Notes: generated from the letters alone by a model not told the origin. A DNA stretch of 64,000 nucleotides from Guillardia theta CCMP2712 (GCF_000315625.1 NW_005434626.1:197448-261447); one strand, 5' to 3'. Positions 1 to 17,172 are shown, numbered from the stretch's first letter. Program-made: numbers and translations.

Positions 1-467
1 GGCAGCAGAGGTTTGAGCAGGACATCGAGTTGATCAACGACTGCCTGGACGAGCTGATCAAAGAGGCGCTACTGACCCGGTCCGAGGAAGACATCGAAAC
101 CCTGCAGAAGCGCGACTATGATGCTGTTGCCTCCCTCCTCCTGGCTAGACTTGTCCGCTGACATGTGCTCCACAGCTCGAGAACCCTTCCCTTCTCCGCT
201 TCCTCGTCGACATGCGAGGAGCCGATGCGACTGAGAGGTTGAGGGAGGGGGCGAGCGGGCGCTGGCTGATACAAGGAGCAGGCAACTGCGAGATGATCTT
301 ATGACGATGATGATAGCGGGGCATGAGACGACGGCTGCACTGTTGACTTGGACGACCTTCTGCCTCCTGACCAACCCGGAGGAGATGAAGAAGGTGCATC
401 AGGAGATCGAGGATGTGCTGGGGGGGAGGAGAGCAACTTATGAAGACATTTTAAAGATGGAGAAGGT

Positions 468-510
<43 letters not shown>

Positions 511-517
511 TCACTTG

Positions 518-573
<56 letters not shown>

Positions 574-1861
574 CCTGCTCCTTCTCCTCCTCCTCCTCCT
601 CCTCCTCCTCCTCCTCCTCCCTGCTGTTTTCCTACCTTATCCTTGTGGCGCAGACTCGTCTCGCTCTCGCAGAAGCCCTCAGGCTCTACCCCCAGCCCCC
701 CATTCTCATCCGCCGAGCGCTGGATGACGATGTTCTCCCACTTGCCTGGGGTAACGAGAAGCAGGTCAGAAGGCTAGTCCTCATCCTCATCCTCATCCTC
801 ATCCTCATCCTCATCCTCATCCTCATCCTCATCCTCGTCCCCGTCCCCGTCCTTGTCTTCATCCCCGTTCTCTCCCCCAACTCCTGGAGTGCAGGTGAAA
901 GTCTTCCGGGGGACCGACATCTTCATGCTGGTCAAGAGCTCATGACTAACGTGCGGGGCAGCAGCTGACGGGCTTCAGGTTTGGAACCTCCATCGCTCTC
1001 CCGTGCTGTGGGGAGACGACGCCGATGCCTTCCGACCTGATCGGTGGTTGTCCTCGCGGAGCAACCCAGACGTTCCCGGTGAGGAGAGGAAGAGGAAGAG
1101 AAGGAGGAGAGGAAGAGGAAGAGAAGGGGGAGAGGATAGGAAAGGGAGAGGAGGGAGAGGGGAGGAGGGGAGGTGTGGGAAGGAGGAAGGGCAGAGGGCG
1201 GGCAGCTAGTGCGATGGTTGTGACATTCTGTGAAGGATGGGAAGGATACAAGCCGAACATGAAGAATCTTTACCCCAACGAGGTCTCGTCAGGTGCCGGT
1301 TGCTCCTGTTCTCCTCCCTCCTCACCTCCGAGCGCCAGACTTTGCCTTCTGCCCCTTCGGTGCTGGCCCCCGCAAGTGCATCGGCGATCAAGTGGGTAGT
1401 TGTAGTGGTCACCGGGTAGCTGGTTGAAGTAGAGAAGGAGGAGGGAAGGAGAGGAGGGAAGGAGGGGAGGGGAGGAGAGGAGGGGAGGGGAGGAGAGGAG
1501 GGGAGGGGAGGAGGAGTGTTGTTGTTGATGTCTTGGCTTCAGTTCGCGTTCCTCGAGTCAGTTGTGATCTTGTCGAGAGTGCTGCAAGAGTTCGACATCC
1601 AACTTGCTACCTCACCCGAAGAGGTCTTCTCCTTCCTTCTCCTTCCTGTCCCCGCCCCCCTCCCCCCCCCCATCCTTTCTTATTTCCTCCGCTCCCAACT
1701 CTCCTCTCACTCTCCTCTTCCCCTTCTTGCTCATCCTCGTCGGATCCTCGAACTCATGGACTGCTGGAGTTCAGGTGGGCATGACGACGGGTGCGACCAT
1801 TCACACGGAGAAAGGGTTGAAAGTCTCCCTGCGCGCGAGGAAGAACGTGCCTGCAGCTTGA
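1..1861 (+). CDS. CYP97: Cytochrome P450 of the CYP97 family (carotenoid hydroxylase-like, CYP97B-type); 5' end lies outside the window; multi-exon
   Basis: Spliced exons give DIELINDCLDELIKEA...PSLLRFLVDMRG..QLRDDLMTMMIAGHETTA (I-helix), EALRLYPQPPILIRR (ExxR), FRPDRW, heme motif FGAGPRKCIGDQFA and C-terminal GMTTGATIHT, all typical of CYP97. Confidence 0.93.
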
Positions 1862-1955
1862 CGAGACTGAAGGCGATCGAAGGAAGCAGAGGAGGGAGGA
1901 GGGAGGAAGAGGAAGACGAGGATGAGGAGGACTACAGTTAAAGACATGTACATTC

Positions 1956-4625
1956 TCATCTCTTGACTGGGATCTCTGCCCTGGTCTTTCTGCTTCCTTC
2001 TGTCGCACTCAGCCAGTCGTTGTAAGGGAAGAGGAATTCTCTTCCCGCCGAGTCGATGATCGTGACCTGCAAGAGCTGGTGAGCTGCGACCGACGGCTGA
2101 GGACAAGTGGAGGAGGCGATGCGCGAGCTAAAGGGACAGGAGAAGGAGAACGAGAGGAGGAGGGGGGGGCAGGAGGAGGGGGAGGAGCAGGAAGGGAGGA
2201 GGAGCAGGAAGAGCAGGAGATGGGGGCTGGGGGAAGGAGATCGCCACCTTCTCCAGGAACCAGTTCGGATCACTTCCTCGCGCGTCATGCCAGATGGACA
2301 GGAGGAGCGGATCGCCCAGGTGCCACTCGGGGATGAGAAACTCGTCGGTCGCTCCTCGTCGGAAGAGGCTGCCGTGACTCACCACGCAGGAGGAGAGGCG
2401 ATGCGTTGCTGAGGCCCTCGCGCTTCCCTGCTGGACAGTGAGGGAGGGGAGGAGAGCAGGTTGAAGACGGAGGAAGAGACGGCGGAAGGAAGAAGGGACG
2501 AAGGAGCAAGCATGGCGGGGAGGAAGGGGTGAAGAAAGCGAAGGAGTGGAGGGAGGGGAGGAGGGAGGGGAGGAGGATTTGTATACCTTGATTCGGATCA
2601 TGACTTCACAGTCTGTCCCAGCATACGGCTTGTTTCCTGTCTTCACCTTGACCTTGTAACTTGTCCTCGCAACGAGCTGCATGCCCCGCTCCTCCCCACC
2701 CCGGCTCGAGTGGTTATACAGGACCGTCGTGCGAGGAGCAGACAGCGGGCGGCGCATAACCCTCAGGTTGAGATTCTCCTCCTCGTACCTGACCGTCTCG
2801 TCGTCTTCGTGCAGCGACTCTTGCACGTGCACGACGCGCATGGCGCTGGAAGGCCTCAACTTCTGACCCTCGGGGATCAGATCCATCTTCAGCGTCCCCT
2901 TGTCGGGGTCAAAGCACTTGTTGCAGGGGAACGTCCAACTTTGCGGGGTCGAGCTGGCCGGCGAAGTCTTGCTGACCTTCAACTGGGCGAGGTGCCACGT
3001 GGACCCCTGGTCACTCAAGTTCTGACCGTCGGTCCACACGCAGACCTTGTTGAGGAGCCCGATGTCGGGCAGGAAGAGCGTGAAGAGGTCGCTCTGCCCC
3101 CTCAGGAAGAGGCGGGTGGTGTGAACGGCGTGAGAGGAGAGGCGGATGGAGATGGTGTTCTTCTTGGAGCCGAACATGCGCAGGAAGACGTTGCTGTCTG
3201 TGCCTGCTCCCTTCACGTCCGACGTCACCACGGTGATATCGTACCGGCACGGCGGCTCCCGGTGCTGTATCATCCCCTTGTAAGGGTCGTGATCCTCCAG
3301 CAGCAGCGGCCTGTTTGCGGGCCTCAAGGCCTGCTGGACTGCCCTCTCCTCCAGCTGGCGGGCAGCCGAGGATTCGCCGGACTGGATCTGCGCTCCTGCC
3401 CTGTGGTTCACCGTCGTCACCTCCTCATTCGCCACCTTCCGTCCGAAAGGGAAGGGAAAGTCCTGGTTGCTCCGGAGATTCCGGACTATGATCCCGTCCA
3501 GGTGCCAGGAGCCTCTCCCTCCGTCCGCGCTGAACTTGACGGAGACGTGCGACAGGGCTCCGATCTCTTTCCCCTTGATGATGAACAGGTCCTTCTGGCC
3601 CCGCTCGAACACGTCGTGCAGCGAAGGGTTCCGCAGCTCCACCATGGGGCCAGCGCTCCCTCGCTGCCCGTGAAGCTGGATGAAGACTCTCCCCCGGCTG
3701 CCGGCATCTGGGCTGTTCCCCGTGAAGGTGATGACCTTGTACTTGATCTGAGCGTCGGCGAAGCTCGCGTACAGAGTTCTCTTCAACTGCCCGTCCTCCT
3801 TGTCCTTGCTCAGCCACCTGCGGCAGGGAAACACCCACTCCACGTTGCCAGCTGCTACCACCACCCGCTCCAGGTACCATCCCGCCTCGAAGCCCGCCGA
3901 AAAGTTGCTCCTGCACAAAGCAGGAGGATGAGACGGGAGGGGGTCCCAGCTCTCGTGTACCTGTTGTCATGGGAGATGGTGAGAGATTCGATCTCGCCCA
4001 GATCGAACTCTGTGACGGTGAAGGTGTCGATCTGCCCGCGCTTGAAGTTCACTTCTCCATCGTTCCTCAGTTGTGTCCGCCTGCCGTCCGCCTTTGTGCC
4101 ATGAAGTTGGATGAAAACCTGGTACTTGCTCAATCTAGTTCCCTGCTTCCACAGCACCCCTCTCTCCTCACCGATGCTGTGGTCTCGGCTCCTGCTTGGT
4201 TACCAGTCCATGTTCGAACGGTATACTTCACCTTCCCAACAGTCACTCCCCTACACCATCGCTCACCCTTCTCACCCGTCGACGAGGCCCAGCCTGACCT
4301 TGACCTGCCACAATCAAACTCGGAGCAAATGCCTACCAATTCTCATTCAGACACATCAAGTCACTGCGCTCCTCATGGCCAAGAACGTTTCCTGCTCCTA
4401 TGACTGCTCCCGCCCTGCGCCTGCCCTGCGCCTGCTCCTGCTCCTTTGCAGGAATATAATGCATGACAATTCTTTTGCAATTCTTCTGCAAGATTGTTCC
4501 ACATCGTTCAATCCATCACTTATTCCGCATCACCGAGCGCTCAGTATCAACAATCTCCGACGGCACCTTCTGATTTCATCTACAGAGTCTGCCCTGATGT
4601 TTCTTGCTAGCGCTTTGGTTGACAT
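1956..4625 (-). CDS. Protein with four PLAT/LH2 domains (LOXHD1-like); 5' end uncertain
   Basis: Four repeats of YxVxxxTG..AGT...VFIxLxG...F.RGQ.D.F......G.L....WxLxxV...FPCxxWL across ORFs 3855-4157, 2128-3918 and 1956-2288. Confidence 0.88.
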
Positions 4626-4849
4626 TTGATTTGAAGACGCAACGAGAATACAATTCCCTCCATTCTCTGCTCATTTCTCTCTGGCATCCATCATTCTCAT
4701 CATTGGTTCGACTGTTCGCTCTCTACGTCATCCTCCTCCTCCTCCTCCTCCTCCCTCCTCCTCCTCCTCCTCCTCCTCCTCCTCCTCCCTCTTATCAAGA
4801 CGCACCGCAGTTTGCATGGCAGTTTGAAAGTGTTGCGCCCCTCATCCCC

Positions 4850-5350
4850 AAACCGCAGGCCGTCACTGACAGCAGCAGGCCGTACGATCGGACGCCGTCG
4901 AGTTATCCGGCCCGGCCCCCGTCCGATCCGATCGCCGGGATCACGGCAGGCTGGCGGCCGGGCACGACGGTGGCACGGACCTCAGACGGCGCCGCGGCCC
5001 GGCCGGGGCCCGACCGAGGCCCACGGGCCGGCGTGGCGGGCGGCGCCGGGCGGAAAGCCTTCCCAGTTCCGAGTCCGGGCCCGACAAGCCGCCGGCCCGC
5101 CGGCCGACTCCGGAGTCCGCCCGCCCGGCGAGTCCGTGCGGCCATCAGATTTAAAACGGGCGGAGTTGTGCCCCGCCATAAGCGGCCTCCCTCAAGGCTA
5201 CCCGGTCACGGGGATGAGATGGCGGCCATTGATTCGGTCACCAATTGGAAACATTACTTTTCAGCATCGATGCCGCTGCAGTGACCCCCGGGCACTGCTG
5301 GGCGGGCAGCCTGGGGGAAAAGCGAAAGGCCGGGAGGAGGCGGCGACTAA
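4850..5350. repeat. GC-rich low-complexity intergenic patch (CCGG/GGCC/GAGTC-rich)
   Basis: Very GC-rich, with no credible protein in any frame; same texture as the patches at about 26, 32, 48 and 60.5 kb. Confidence 0.6.
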
Positions 5351-6331
5351 GGTTATTCCCCTCTTCAATGTATTGCCGTGACTCATCCGTTACTCCTGCA
5401 ACGGTCAGTAGTAAAGGAAGTCTCAGGCTCATTATCCGCAGAAGTACCCCCTCATTTACCATTATCCACCCACCCCACTGGGCACCCTCTTGAGCCTGCT
5501 GACTCGATGCGCCGCTAGAGTGGGAGGTGCTGACCAGGATGACGGAGGGGAGGGCGATTATGAATCGAGAACCGTCCGTCCTCGCAGAGGACACCTGAGT
5601 TGCTGTGTGCGTTCCAACATTGACCAAGTCTCAACACAAGCCTCCTCTACACTCTGCGATCGATCCATGACCACGACCACCGACGAGAGGGTAAGGTCTA
5701 TCAATATCTTGCCAGGACTTGTGCTCTACCGTGCTTCTGAGTGCCCTCCTCTCATACCGAAGTCAAGCAAGTCTTCCTCCTCGGCTCCCCGTCCTCAGCC
5801 TCAGCGAATGCGTGAAACAATCGAACGTTCTGCTGACATGTCAAAGAGAGAGCTGCCCCGAGACCTCGTGCTGCGATCGATCATGCGGGCTCGAATGCAA
5901 GCGGCTCATCGGAGGAGCTTTCCCAAACGATGAAGCTGGTAGGAACAAGGATGAAGCAGAGGAGCAGCGTCTGTATGGCGGAGGTGCTGTCAAGGCAGAG
6001 GGGACAGCTCACTTGGCTGAAGTAGCTCCTGGACTTGTAGTTGTCCAGCAGGATAGCTTTGAGTGAGCTTGTAAACTAGATATATCTTTGAGTTGGATAC
6101 TTGCACAATTCTCATGTGAAAACATTTGCTGGTGTTGGTATTTATCAAATACCTGACACAAAGTAGTAAATAGCCAATAACTACCAACTTATCAGCTGCT
6201 TCTGTGAATGACACTCTTTGGATCAGCCTCTCCTGTTGCATATGCACACTTTTCAAGGAAGTGCAACCAAACTGTCGAAATAAAAGCCGAGTGTATATCA
6301 ATGGCAAGGTAACAAACACATGTTTGAATCG

Positions 6332-6399
6332 ACTTGGGGCCGCGATCTCACCGATATCATGTTTTCAAACTTGGGGCCGCGATCTCACCGATATCATGT
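6332..6399. repeat. Tandem direct duplication, 31-bp core with 37-bp period
   Basis: ACTTGGGGCCGCGATCTCACCGATATCATGT at 6332-6362 and 6369-6399. Confidence 0.9.
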
Positions 6400-7289
6400 C
6401 TTCAAGGTTCGATTTGAAGGATTCTTAAACCTTCAGAAATTCAATTGATCAGGCAGCTCCGATACAGTAGCACCAAGGTGTTCTGGCAAGGTCTAACATC
6501 AGGTTTTTGCTGATTTCATCTTGTCTGCATTGATGTTGTTGTGTTGGTATCTTTCAAAACCAGTGATCAGAGCCCTAGCACAGCGAGCTCAACTCAGATT
6601 GGACCTACCGAAGGCAAGGGACAGCACTCAAGGCTAGGTTCAGCCTTGATCGTCAACAAAGTCAGGCAAGGACTCCCAAAGGACTGAAAGCATACAACGG
6701 CTAGATGTGCTCCAGAGGATGACCCCTGGTGGCCGAGAGAGCCTCATCAGTACGGGTGGTTTCCTCATTCTTGGTAAGAAGTGGAGCAGGAGCTTGCGAG
6801 GAGCGAGAACTCGCACGAGGCGAGTATGCTCGTGCATCAGGGAGCTCTACACCTAGTCCTTGCCTTAGGGAGCACTACCCCTAGTCCTTGCCTTAGCCTA
6901 CAGAACGATCAGCCTCTTCAGCTAGAAGTGTCTGCTCTCCCCTCATGTTGTGTACCACGCTGATCTAGCATCGCGAGTAAACTCGAAGTCACTTCACTTC
7001 ACCTCTACGTGTGGATCCAGCCGAGGTGCCTTGAGCATTCGTTGTTGACTTGTACAACCCGTAAAGCGTCGGGGGGTGACACCAGTCACCTCCGTCTGTT
7101 CTCTTTCTCTGATTTTGAATTCAGACCTCGCGACTGCAACGACCCTAAATTGACGTACCTTGCACCTATCTCAAGTGAAACCACTCTTATCACTCAGTGT
7201 ACCGTAAAACTTGAATATAAGGGAGTCATATTTTGAAGACTGCAAAATTTACAAGTTTTATTTAATGTGTATCAATCTTCCTGCTAAGG

Positions 7290-7936
7290 TTAGATCTCTT
7301 CTTTCATCGACTTGACTTGATCTTCGAAGATGTTCTTGGCTTCTTTTGCTGCATCTTTGAGATTTCGAGTTTTCTTCTTGTGATCAGCCTGGACCTTCCG
7401 TAGATCCCTCAGACTACCCTCCTCCCGGAAAAAGTGGCAATAAGCTTCTGCTTCACCCTTCTCTCCTTTAAATGACTTCCCGTATTCGCTTACAAAATCA
7501 TCTGCAAATTCCTTGCAATTGGAAAGCTCAGTTTCCTCTGGATCATGAAAGTATTTGACCGCATAGTCTTGTAAATCTCTCCGGTCTCTTTCTATCTGCT
7601 TTTGCTTCTTACACTGAAAACAAAGGAAACGACTGTTAAGCTTCAGAACAATGGAAACAGCATACAACTTACAATAGACATAGCGTTCAGTCGTTTCTCA
7701 TTGGTGTCGATCATATCCGGATGGTCTGTTTCAAGGAATGAGAAGAATTTTTCACATTTGACTTTCTCCAGGAATTTCTTGCCGAGCAAGCCTGTGGCTT
7801 GCTTTGTGAACCAGGTTTCTGCAGCCTCCTTCAACTTTTTGTCCTTCTCCTCCTCTGCATGCACTTGTAGGATTGCCATGGCCGCTAGAGTGACCGCCAG
7901 CATGACGCTCGTCCGCGCCTGCTTGCCCCAGTGCAT
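7290..7936 (-). CDS. Hypothetical secretory-pathway protein, 2 exons
   Basis: Signal peptide MLAVTLAAMAILQVHA|EEE; GT-AG intron 7614-7672 joins the two ORFs in frame; ends in KEEI (KDEL-like). Confidence 0.65.
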
Positions 7937-9203
7937 CGTGGTGACTCCTGAAAAGTATCAGTCAACCGTGGAAGCTCTGGAACTACTCCAGGGCACCTCA
8001 TACAAATATTTTTGCCTTCTTTGTCTTCCTAATATATCATTGAGGCGGACTTGAAATCAAAGGGTTTTAACTTCCATGACCTCTAAATTACCCAGAGTCT
8101 CAAAGTCCCAAAGTTTCAAAGTCTGCTGCGCCAATGCCGCCCGTTCCTGCTTCGATATCGGCGGCGGCGGCGACTGCCGCTGCGGCGGCGGCGGCGGCAA
8201 GAGGGCAGATGCCTGCATCTGTTCAGACGGCAGGACAGGTGTGAAGTTGTTCAACTCGTCAGCTCTTGCCTGCGATTCACTCATCTTGGTCGCTGACGCT
8301 TTGCTTCACAGCCCCAGCAAACCTCTGCTCAATCGCAAGCTGCTTCCACCGTCCCTGCTGCGTCTGGCGGAGGTCAAGCAGCAGGTCAAGGTGCTCCAGC
8401 GCAGCAAGGTGCATCTCAACAGGCCCATGGACAAGGAGAGAATGTCAAGTTCAATGCTGACAAGTTAGCGGAACGATCCCTTGAGAGCCTGAAGCAGCTG
8501 CAAGCAGCGTGCTCAGCATGGTTCGGAAAAGTGAATGGCGGACTTCAAGTGACTCCATAGAATGATTGCTGGTGTACTCTTCTTGATGTTGACGGCAGGA
8601 ACCATATCCCTACGATCGAGCTAAAGTAGATCAGGAGAAAATAATTCTCCTTTTAAATACTCTAGCGCAAGATCTGCGAAAATCTGGACTGGAAAATTTA
8701 TTTGTTGATCAGAAAATGACGACTGCTACAGGTAATTTTATAGTTGTTATCTCACATAGGCGCAGAGGAACAATTCACGTTTCCTTACAACATCTACAGG
8801 CGAGGAAGTAAAATTACCCAAGTTGCCGAAGTCGATCCTTGCCAAGGAAGCTGATGCCACGAGCACCAAGATGATCGATGAACTCAAGGAACTCACGTCA
8901 AAGTTGGGGAAAGAGGTCTGAGCATGCATCGATTCCTGCTTTTGTCTGACATTTGCTAAAAAGCTCGACGACCTACACTCAGTGGCAGATTCTGCCAGCA
9001 AGACACTTGTATCAGTGCAAGCACAGCCACCTCAGCAATAAAAGTTGGAGATGGGACGATTTAGTGGTGACCCTACGGACTATGTATGGTAGAGATGGTT
9101 TCAGACAGATTTACAAATGAATTTCTAGATTAAAAGTCGAATCTACTTCTACGAAATCAAAGGCATTGCGCAAAAAAAGCCCACGCGTGGATCACTTCCA
9201 ACA

Positions 9204-10580
9204 TCAAACCTTCTCTCTGAGTTTTTGAGAAGTGCTGTCACCGAAGAAATCATGAGCTCCATAAACCCCGAAGGTGTAAAAGCATGCGATCAGGAGAGGT
9301 GCCAGTACTACCAGCGCAATTAACCAGGCCCACCACGGGAACGATCCGCCCCGGCTTGGTTCACGCCAAGCATCTTCGTTGGCACCAGGAGCGTTGGGAT
9401 CATCAACGAGACCTGGGGAGAAGTGCACTCGATACTTGTCAAACTCCGTCTGGATGCTGTCATCGATAGAGCTATCCTCAAGCTGTGACTGGGGGATGCC
9501 AAACTTGGTTGACAACATCACCATCTTCCCCTCGCACGCGCCCTCCAGCTTGACCCACTTCTGCGCAATCTCATTGCTTGCTGTGCACCTGTCCATCTCC
9601 TCCTCATCTTTGATCTCCTTGCCACAACACGTTGATGTTTTGATTGTCATCTCGGAGTTCACTTTGTGGTCCCCTTTGCCAATCAGATCAGACGGCTCCA
9701 CATAGAAATCGTTCACTTTGAAGGAGGGAGGAAACACAAAAATGATATTCATACTTTTCAACGGAGCAGACCAGCTCCTCAGCCAATGAGCTGTGAACGT
9801 GTTCTTGTCAAACGTTCCCTTAAGGACTCTCTGGAGCTGATAGTAGAGCACGACCGTGTAGTACTCGCGTCCCACCACAGGGCGATCGAATTCGTAGTTA
9901 ACCCACCATTCATCTTCCATCCGTTGCAAAGACCACTTCAGCTCTGTGTCGTTCGCTCCTCTCACGGAAAGGATAAACGGCCGGAGGTTCTCAGTCTTGT
10001 CGTCTGCAGGATCTTCAGGCGCCTGGGACGGGTCTGGGGAATCCCCTATGGCTCTTAAGCCTCCCCGCAAGGTGCCATAGTAGTTGGCGTATCTGATCTC
10101 CATCTTCACGCGCATGTCTGTCTTCTTGTCATCATCACATGCGTCTACTCTGTGATAATATCCATTCGGCTCGTACTGCCAACCACACACTGGTCCTAAT
10201 GTAACCTTCACGTTGTCGTAGACATAGTGTGAAGGATAGTAGGGAGTCCATGTTCGCGCGGCATCAGCAGTAGTGAAGTAAGGGTTGTAGACTTTGTTCA
10301 CGCCCTCAGGAGCAGGAGAAGGGATGTCCATGTCCCAATGCGATAGCATCTGCGTCTGCTGGCGGGTCGAGGAGAGGGAAGCCGCTCGGGCCTGCAAGGG
10401 GCCCACATGATCCATGGAGGAGGCAGAGCTCAGCGAGATTGAGGGCTTCGATGAGTGGAAGGAGCTCAGGGAGGAACGAGGAGAAGACAAGGAGCGTGAG
10501 GAAGCGACTGAGCTGCAGACCAGCAGCAGCATCCCGCCTGCTACGAACCGCATCCTCCCCATCCCACCGCGCCTCTTCAC
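9204..10580 (-). CDS. Intronless type I membrane protein; lumenal domain weakly DUF2207-like
   Basis: 458-aa ORF with an N-terminal hydrophobic signal, a beta-rich middle (YTVVLYYQL..., WSAPLKSMNIIFVFP) and a C-terminal TM helix WWAWLIALVVLAPLLIACFYTF. Confidence 0.75.
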   Translation of the reverse strand: MKRRGGMGRMRFVAGGMLLLVCSSVASSRSLSSPRSSLSSFHSSKPSISLSSASSMDHVGPLQARAASLSSTRQQTQMLSHWDMDIPSPAPEGVNKVYNPYFTTADAARTWTPYYPSHYVYDNVKVTLGPVCGWQYEPNGYYHRVDACDDDKKTDMRVKMEIRYANYYGTLRGGLRAIGDSPDPSQAPEDPADDKTENLRPFILSVRGANDTELKWSLQRMEDEWWVNYEFDRPVVGREYYTVVLYYQLQRVLKGTFDKNTFTAHWLRSWSAPLKSMNIIFVFPPSFKVNDFYVEPSDLIGKGDHKVNSEMTIKTSTCCGKEIKDEEEMDRCTASNEIAQKWVKLEGACEGKMVMLSTKFGIPQSQLEDSSIDDSIQTEFDKYRVHFSPGLVDDPNAPGANEDAWREPSRGGSFPWWAWLIALVVLAPLLIACFYTFGVYGAHDFFGDSTSQKLREKV

Positions 10581-11207
10581 TATCCGTTACATTACAGTTA
10601 TGTTTCTTCTTTGTTGAGCGGTTACGAATGGTTTCACGTCGTTGAATCCGTTACGATTAATTTGACTTCATCCTTACAGTCAGGTTGCCCGATTGCCGCT
10701 CAGGCCCTAGAGCTATGCTGCTGATCTGGGGCTGGAGACGCATCAGCCGCTGCCCCGCAGCAGAAGCCAAATCGGTGAATCCTCACGACTAGTCACAGCA
10801 GGACGAGCAAGTTCTCCGCATGGTCTACTAGGCTAGCTTCCTTGAAGCTGAGCGGGCTCCTACTATCAGCCTCCAGAATGCTCCCGGAGGCTACTGAGTG
10901 TCAGTCGTGAGGCGTAGGGGCGAGGCTGGCAGACTTCGAATGTAACCGAGTGCTCCCCTCACCCCCGTGAGTGAACTTGGGCTGATCGGACTATTTGAAA
11001 CTGGGATCCGAGCTCTCAGTCTATCCCCAAGTTTGCCTGGCATCCGTCAGAACCTTGGAATGCGCGCAACACAGTGTCACCGGAACTGCCACGTCAGTTT
11101 TACTGAGACCGCTTCTGATTGTACATCTGCCTCGTGAAGTTGAGAACTGACAGGAGAAGAACTTATTTGATCGTCTTCAAGGCGGCATGACTTGACTCAG
11201 CGAGAAC

Positions 11208-13104
11208 TTGATGATCGAGGAGAAGGAACGAGTGCGATTTTCCTTACGAATCGTTCCATGCAGCGTCAAGATCTACCCCATGTTGGAGAAGGAGGAGACA
11301 GTGGCCGAGGAAGGGATCAAGTCATCCCCATTACTGCAGATACTCAAGAGTCTGCGCAGCCAACTTACCTCATCTCCGTCGTCTCCTCCATGTCCAGCAG
11401 ACAAGGTTCGCCTAGCGCTAGCATTTCACGTGCATGACGCAACATCGGAGGAGGAAGTGAACTATCCAGACGTGATCACCCCCGAGGTACCGCTGTCCTC
11501 GACAGCAGAGGAGGATGGGACCAGCTCGGTCTCCTTCGATCGACAGCAGTACATCCTGCCGGTGGGGGATCCGAGGTGACATGACCCCGTGCTTGCAGTC
11601 TCTTGTTTGCTCGAGCTGACAGGCCATGGGCAGACTATCTGACCTCCTGGTGGGTCTGGTGCTGAAGGAGGAGGAGACTTGCTCAGAGGGAGCGACAGGC
11701 TGCGATGGGGCTCAGATTGTTGCTGCCTCCAGCATGCACATCGCTCACGTGCTCAAGGAACTTGATCTCTTCTGCTTCCGCGAGTTCCTGGACAGGTCGA
11801 GCATCGGGCAAGTGACTCTCTCCTGTGGTGGGTCGAGGTGACCCGACCCTGCAGGGCTGAAGTTGCTTTCCGTGCTGTGATGCGAGGAGCAGACGAGGAG
11901 TTTGCAGAGCGTGGCTTACTGACAGAGCTCCAGGTGTGAGCTGAGAGGGATGATGATTGAGATGATGATGACGACGATGATAAAGATGATGATGATGATG
12001 ATGATAAAGATGATGATGACGACGGCAACAACAACAACGGGCTGACTGTGTGCTTGTAGCTGCTGGATGCTCTCAAGCTCTTGAAGTGGCCGTTCACGCC
12101 GGGGCAGGCAGGAGCCATCTTTCACTCTCTTGATCTCAACAGGGACAACTTGGTGCAGCTGGACGAGTGGTGAGGAGTTGCTGGGTGCTAGAGCTGGAGG
12201 AAGTGACGATCTGACTTCTCTTTGCTGCAGGTGCGAAGGCCTTCGAGTCGCCCATCAGTTTGCCATCCCCTTGCTCAGTCTACCAGCTCTTACCACCCCT
12301 GCTGAAGCTGGAGCTGGAGCTGGAGCTGGAGCTGGAGCTGGAGCTGGAGCTGGAGCTGCTGGGCTTTCTGACTCGAAAGAGATTGGGGTCGTCGTTGTGC
12401 AGGTGGAGCTTCAGCCGCATGCTCGGAGCCTGCTAGAGGACTTGGCAGGATCATGCCCTGTCGTTCAGAGGGCAAGGAGACCAGTGGCGATCGGAACCTC
12501 CCGCTCACGGCAGGAAAGTCGTGACGGCAAAGCACAGGATGAAAGTGATGGCGGAAAGTTGAAGGAAGTTTTCGAGGAGGAGGGGACAGGAGGCAGGGTA
12601 GATCCCAGCCAGCCTCCTCCTCCTCCTCCTCCTCCTCTTTCGTCGGTTCGAGCGATGTAGGCAATTACTGTGCAATGCTGGACAGCAAGTAACCTTCAAG
12701 TTCAGGAGGCTCCGAGGAAAACAAAGAGAGGAAGAGCAAGTGCATCAGAGTCAAGTCAGCGAGGACAAGCAGAATCGGAATCCGAAACTGCAGAAGGAGG
12801 AGAGAGAGAAAGGAGGAGAGGAGGGAGACGAGGAGGAGGCTCATGGTGACTGGGTCAACGCATGGACATGCGGGGGGTGTGGCGATCTCAACGGTTTCGA
12901 CGTCTTTCTGTGCTCCTGCGGGCTTTTCATGCATCCTGAATGGAACCAAACTTTCTCAGGGGAGGAGGAGAGGCTGTTGTCATCAGGACTGGATCACGAC
13001 AACCAAACTGTTCACGCCTCTCAGTCGCGCTCCTCTTCCCCCGCTGCTCGTTCTTCTCAGCTCACCAGGTGACAAAGGAAGTCAAGGAGCTCAAGGAGAG
13101 ATGA
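11208..13104 (+). CDS. Hypothetical multi-exon protein with a RanBP2-type zinc-finger-like motif
   Basis: Exon-like ORFs at 11208, 11626, 12130 and 12740; motif WTCGGCGDLNGFDVFLCSCG. Boundaries approximate. Confidence 0.5.
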
Positions 13105-13499
13105 GAAGGGCAGAAGGGCCCTGTAGAGTCAGCAGCTGAGAGAAGCGAGGGGGAGGAAACAGCAGGTGGAAAGTTGAGTTGAGACTGAGGAGGGGATAGC
13201 AGGAGAGCGAGGGAGCGAGGTAGGAGAGGAAGAGAGAATGTTGAGGATGGTGCGAGGGGAACTTTTGTCGGTGGGACAGTGATCAAGATGATCAGGAATG
13301 AGAAGGAGAAGGAGGGTGCAAGATGCCCTTGCATGTTCTGCGGGGGGTTTGGACTACTGCCGAGCTGCTATGACGTCGAGGAGAAGCATCTCACAGTATG
13401 GCGAAGGGGGATGCTGCTGGCTGTCAGCTGGAGGGAGGCTACGGAGGAGAAGAGGTGAGAAAGGCTGTCAAGAGCTGAGAAAACTAATCATTTTTCTCA

Positions 13500-16975
<3,476 letters not shown>

Positions 16976-17070
16976 GGAGGATGAAGAGAAGAGGGGCAGC
17001 GAGGAGGAGGAGGAGGAGGAGGAGGAGGAGGAGGAGGATGAGGAGGAGGAGGAGGAGGAGGAGGAGGAGG

Positions 17071-17170
17071 NNNNNNNNNNNNNNNNNNNNNNNNNNNNNN
17101 NNNNNNNNNNNNNNNNNNNNNNNNNNNNNNNNNNNNNNNNNNNNNNNNNNNNNNNNNNNNNNNNNNNNNN
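17071..17170. other. Assembly gap (100 N) next to a (GGA)n run
   Basis: Run of N. Confidence 1.
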
Positions 17171-17172
17171 GT

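Noticed and set aside
2710-4104. 464-aa + strand ORF
   Set aside because: Antisense shadow of the GC3-rich PLAT gene; no recognisable protein features.
4604-5381. Pro/Arg/Ala-rich ORFs in GC-rich patches (also 26130, 31691, 47994)
   Set aside because: Stop-poor by composition; no codon or domain signal.
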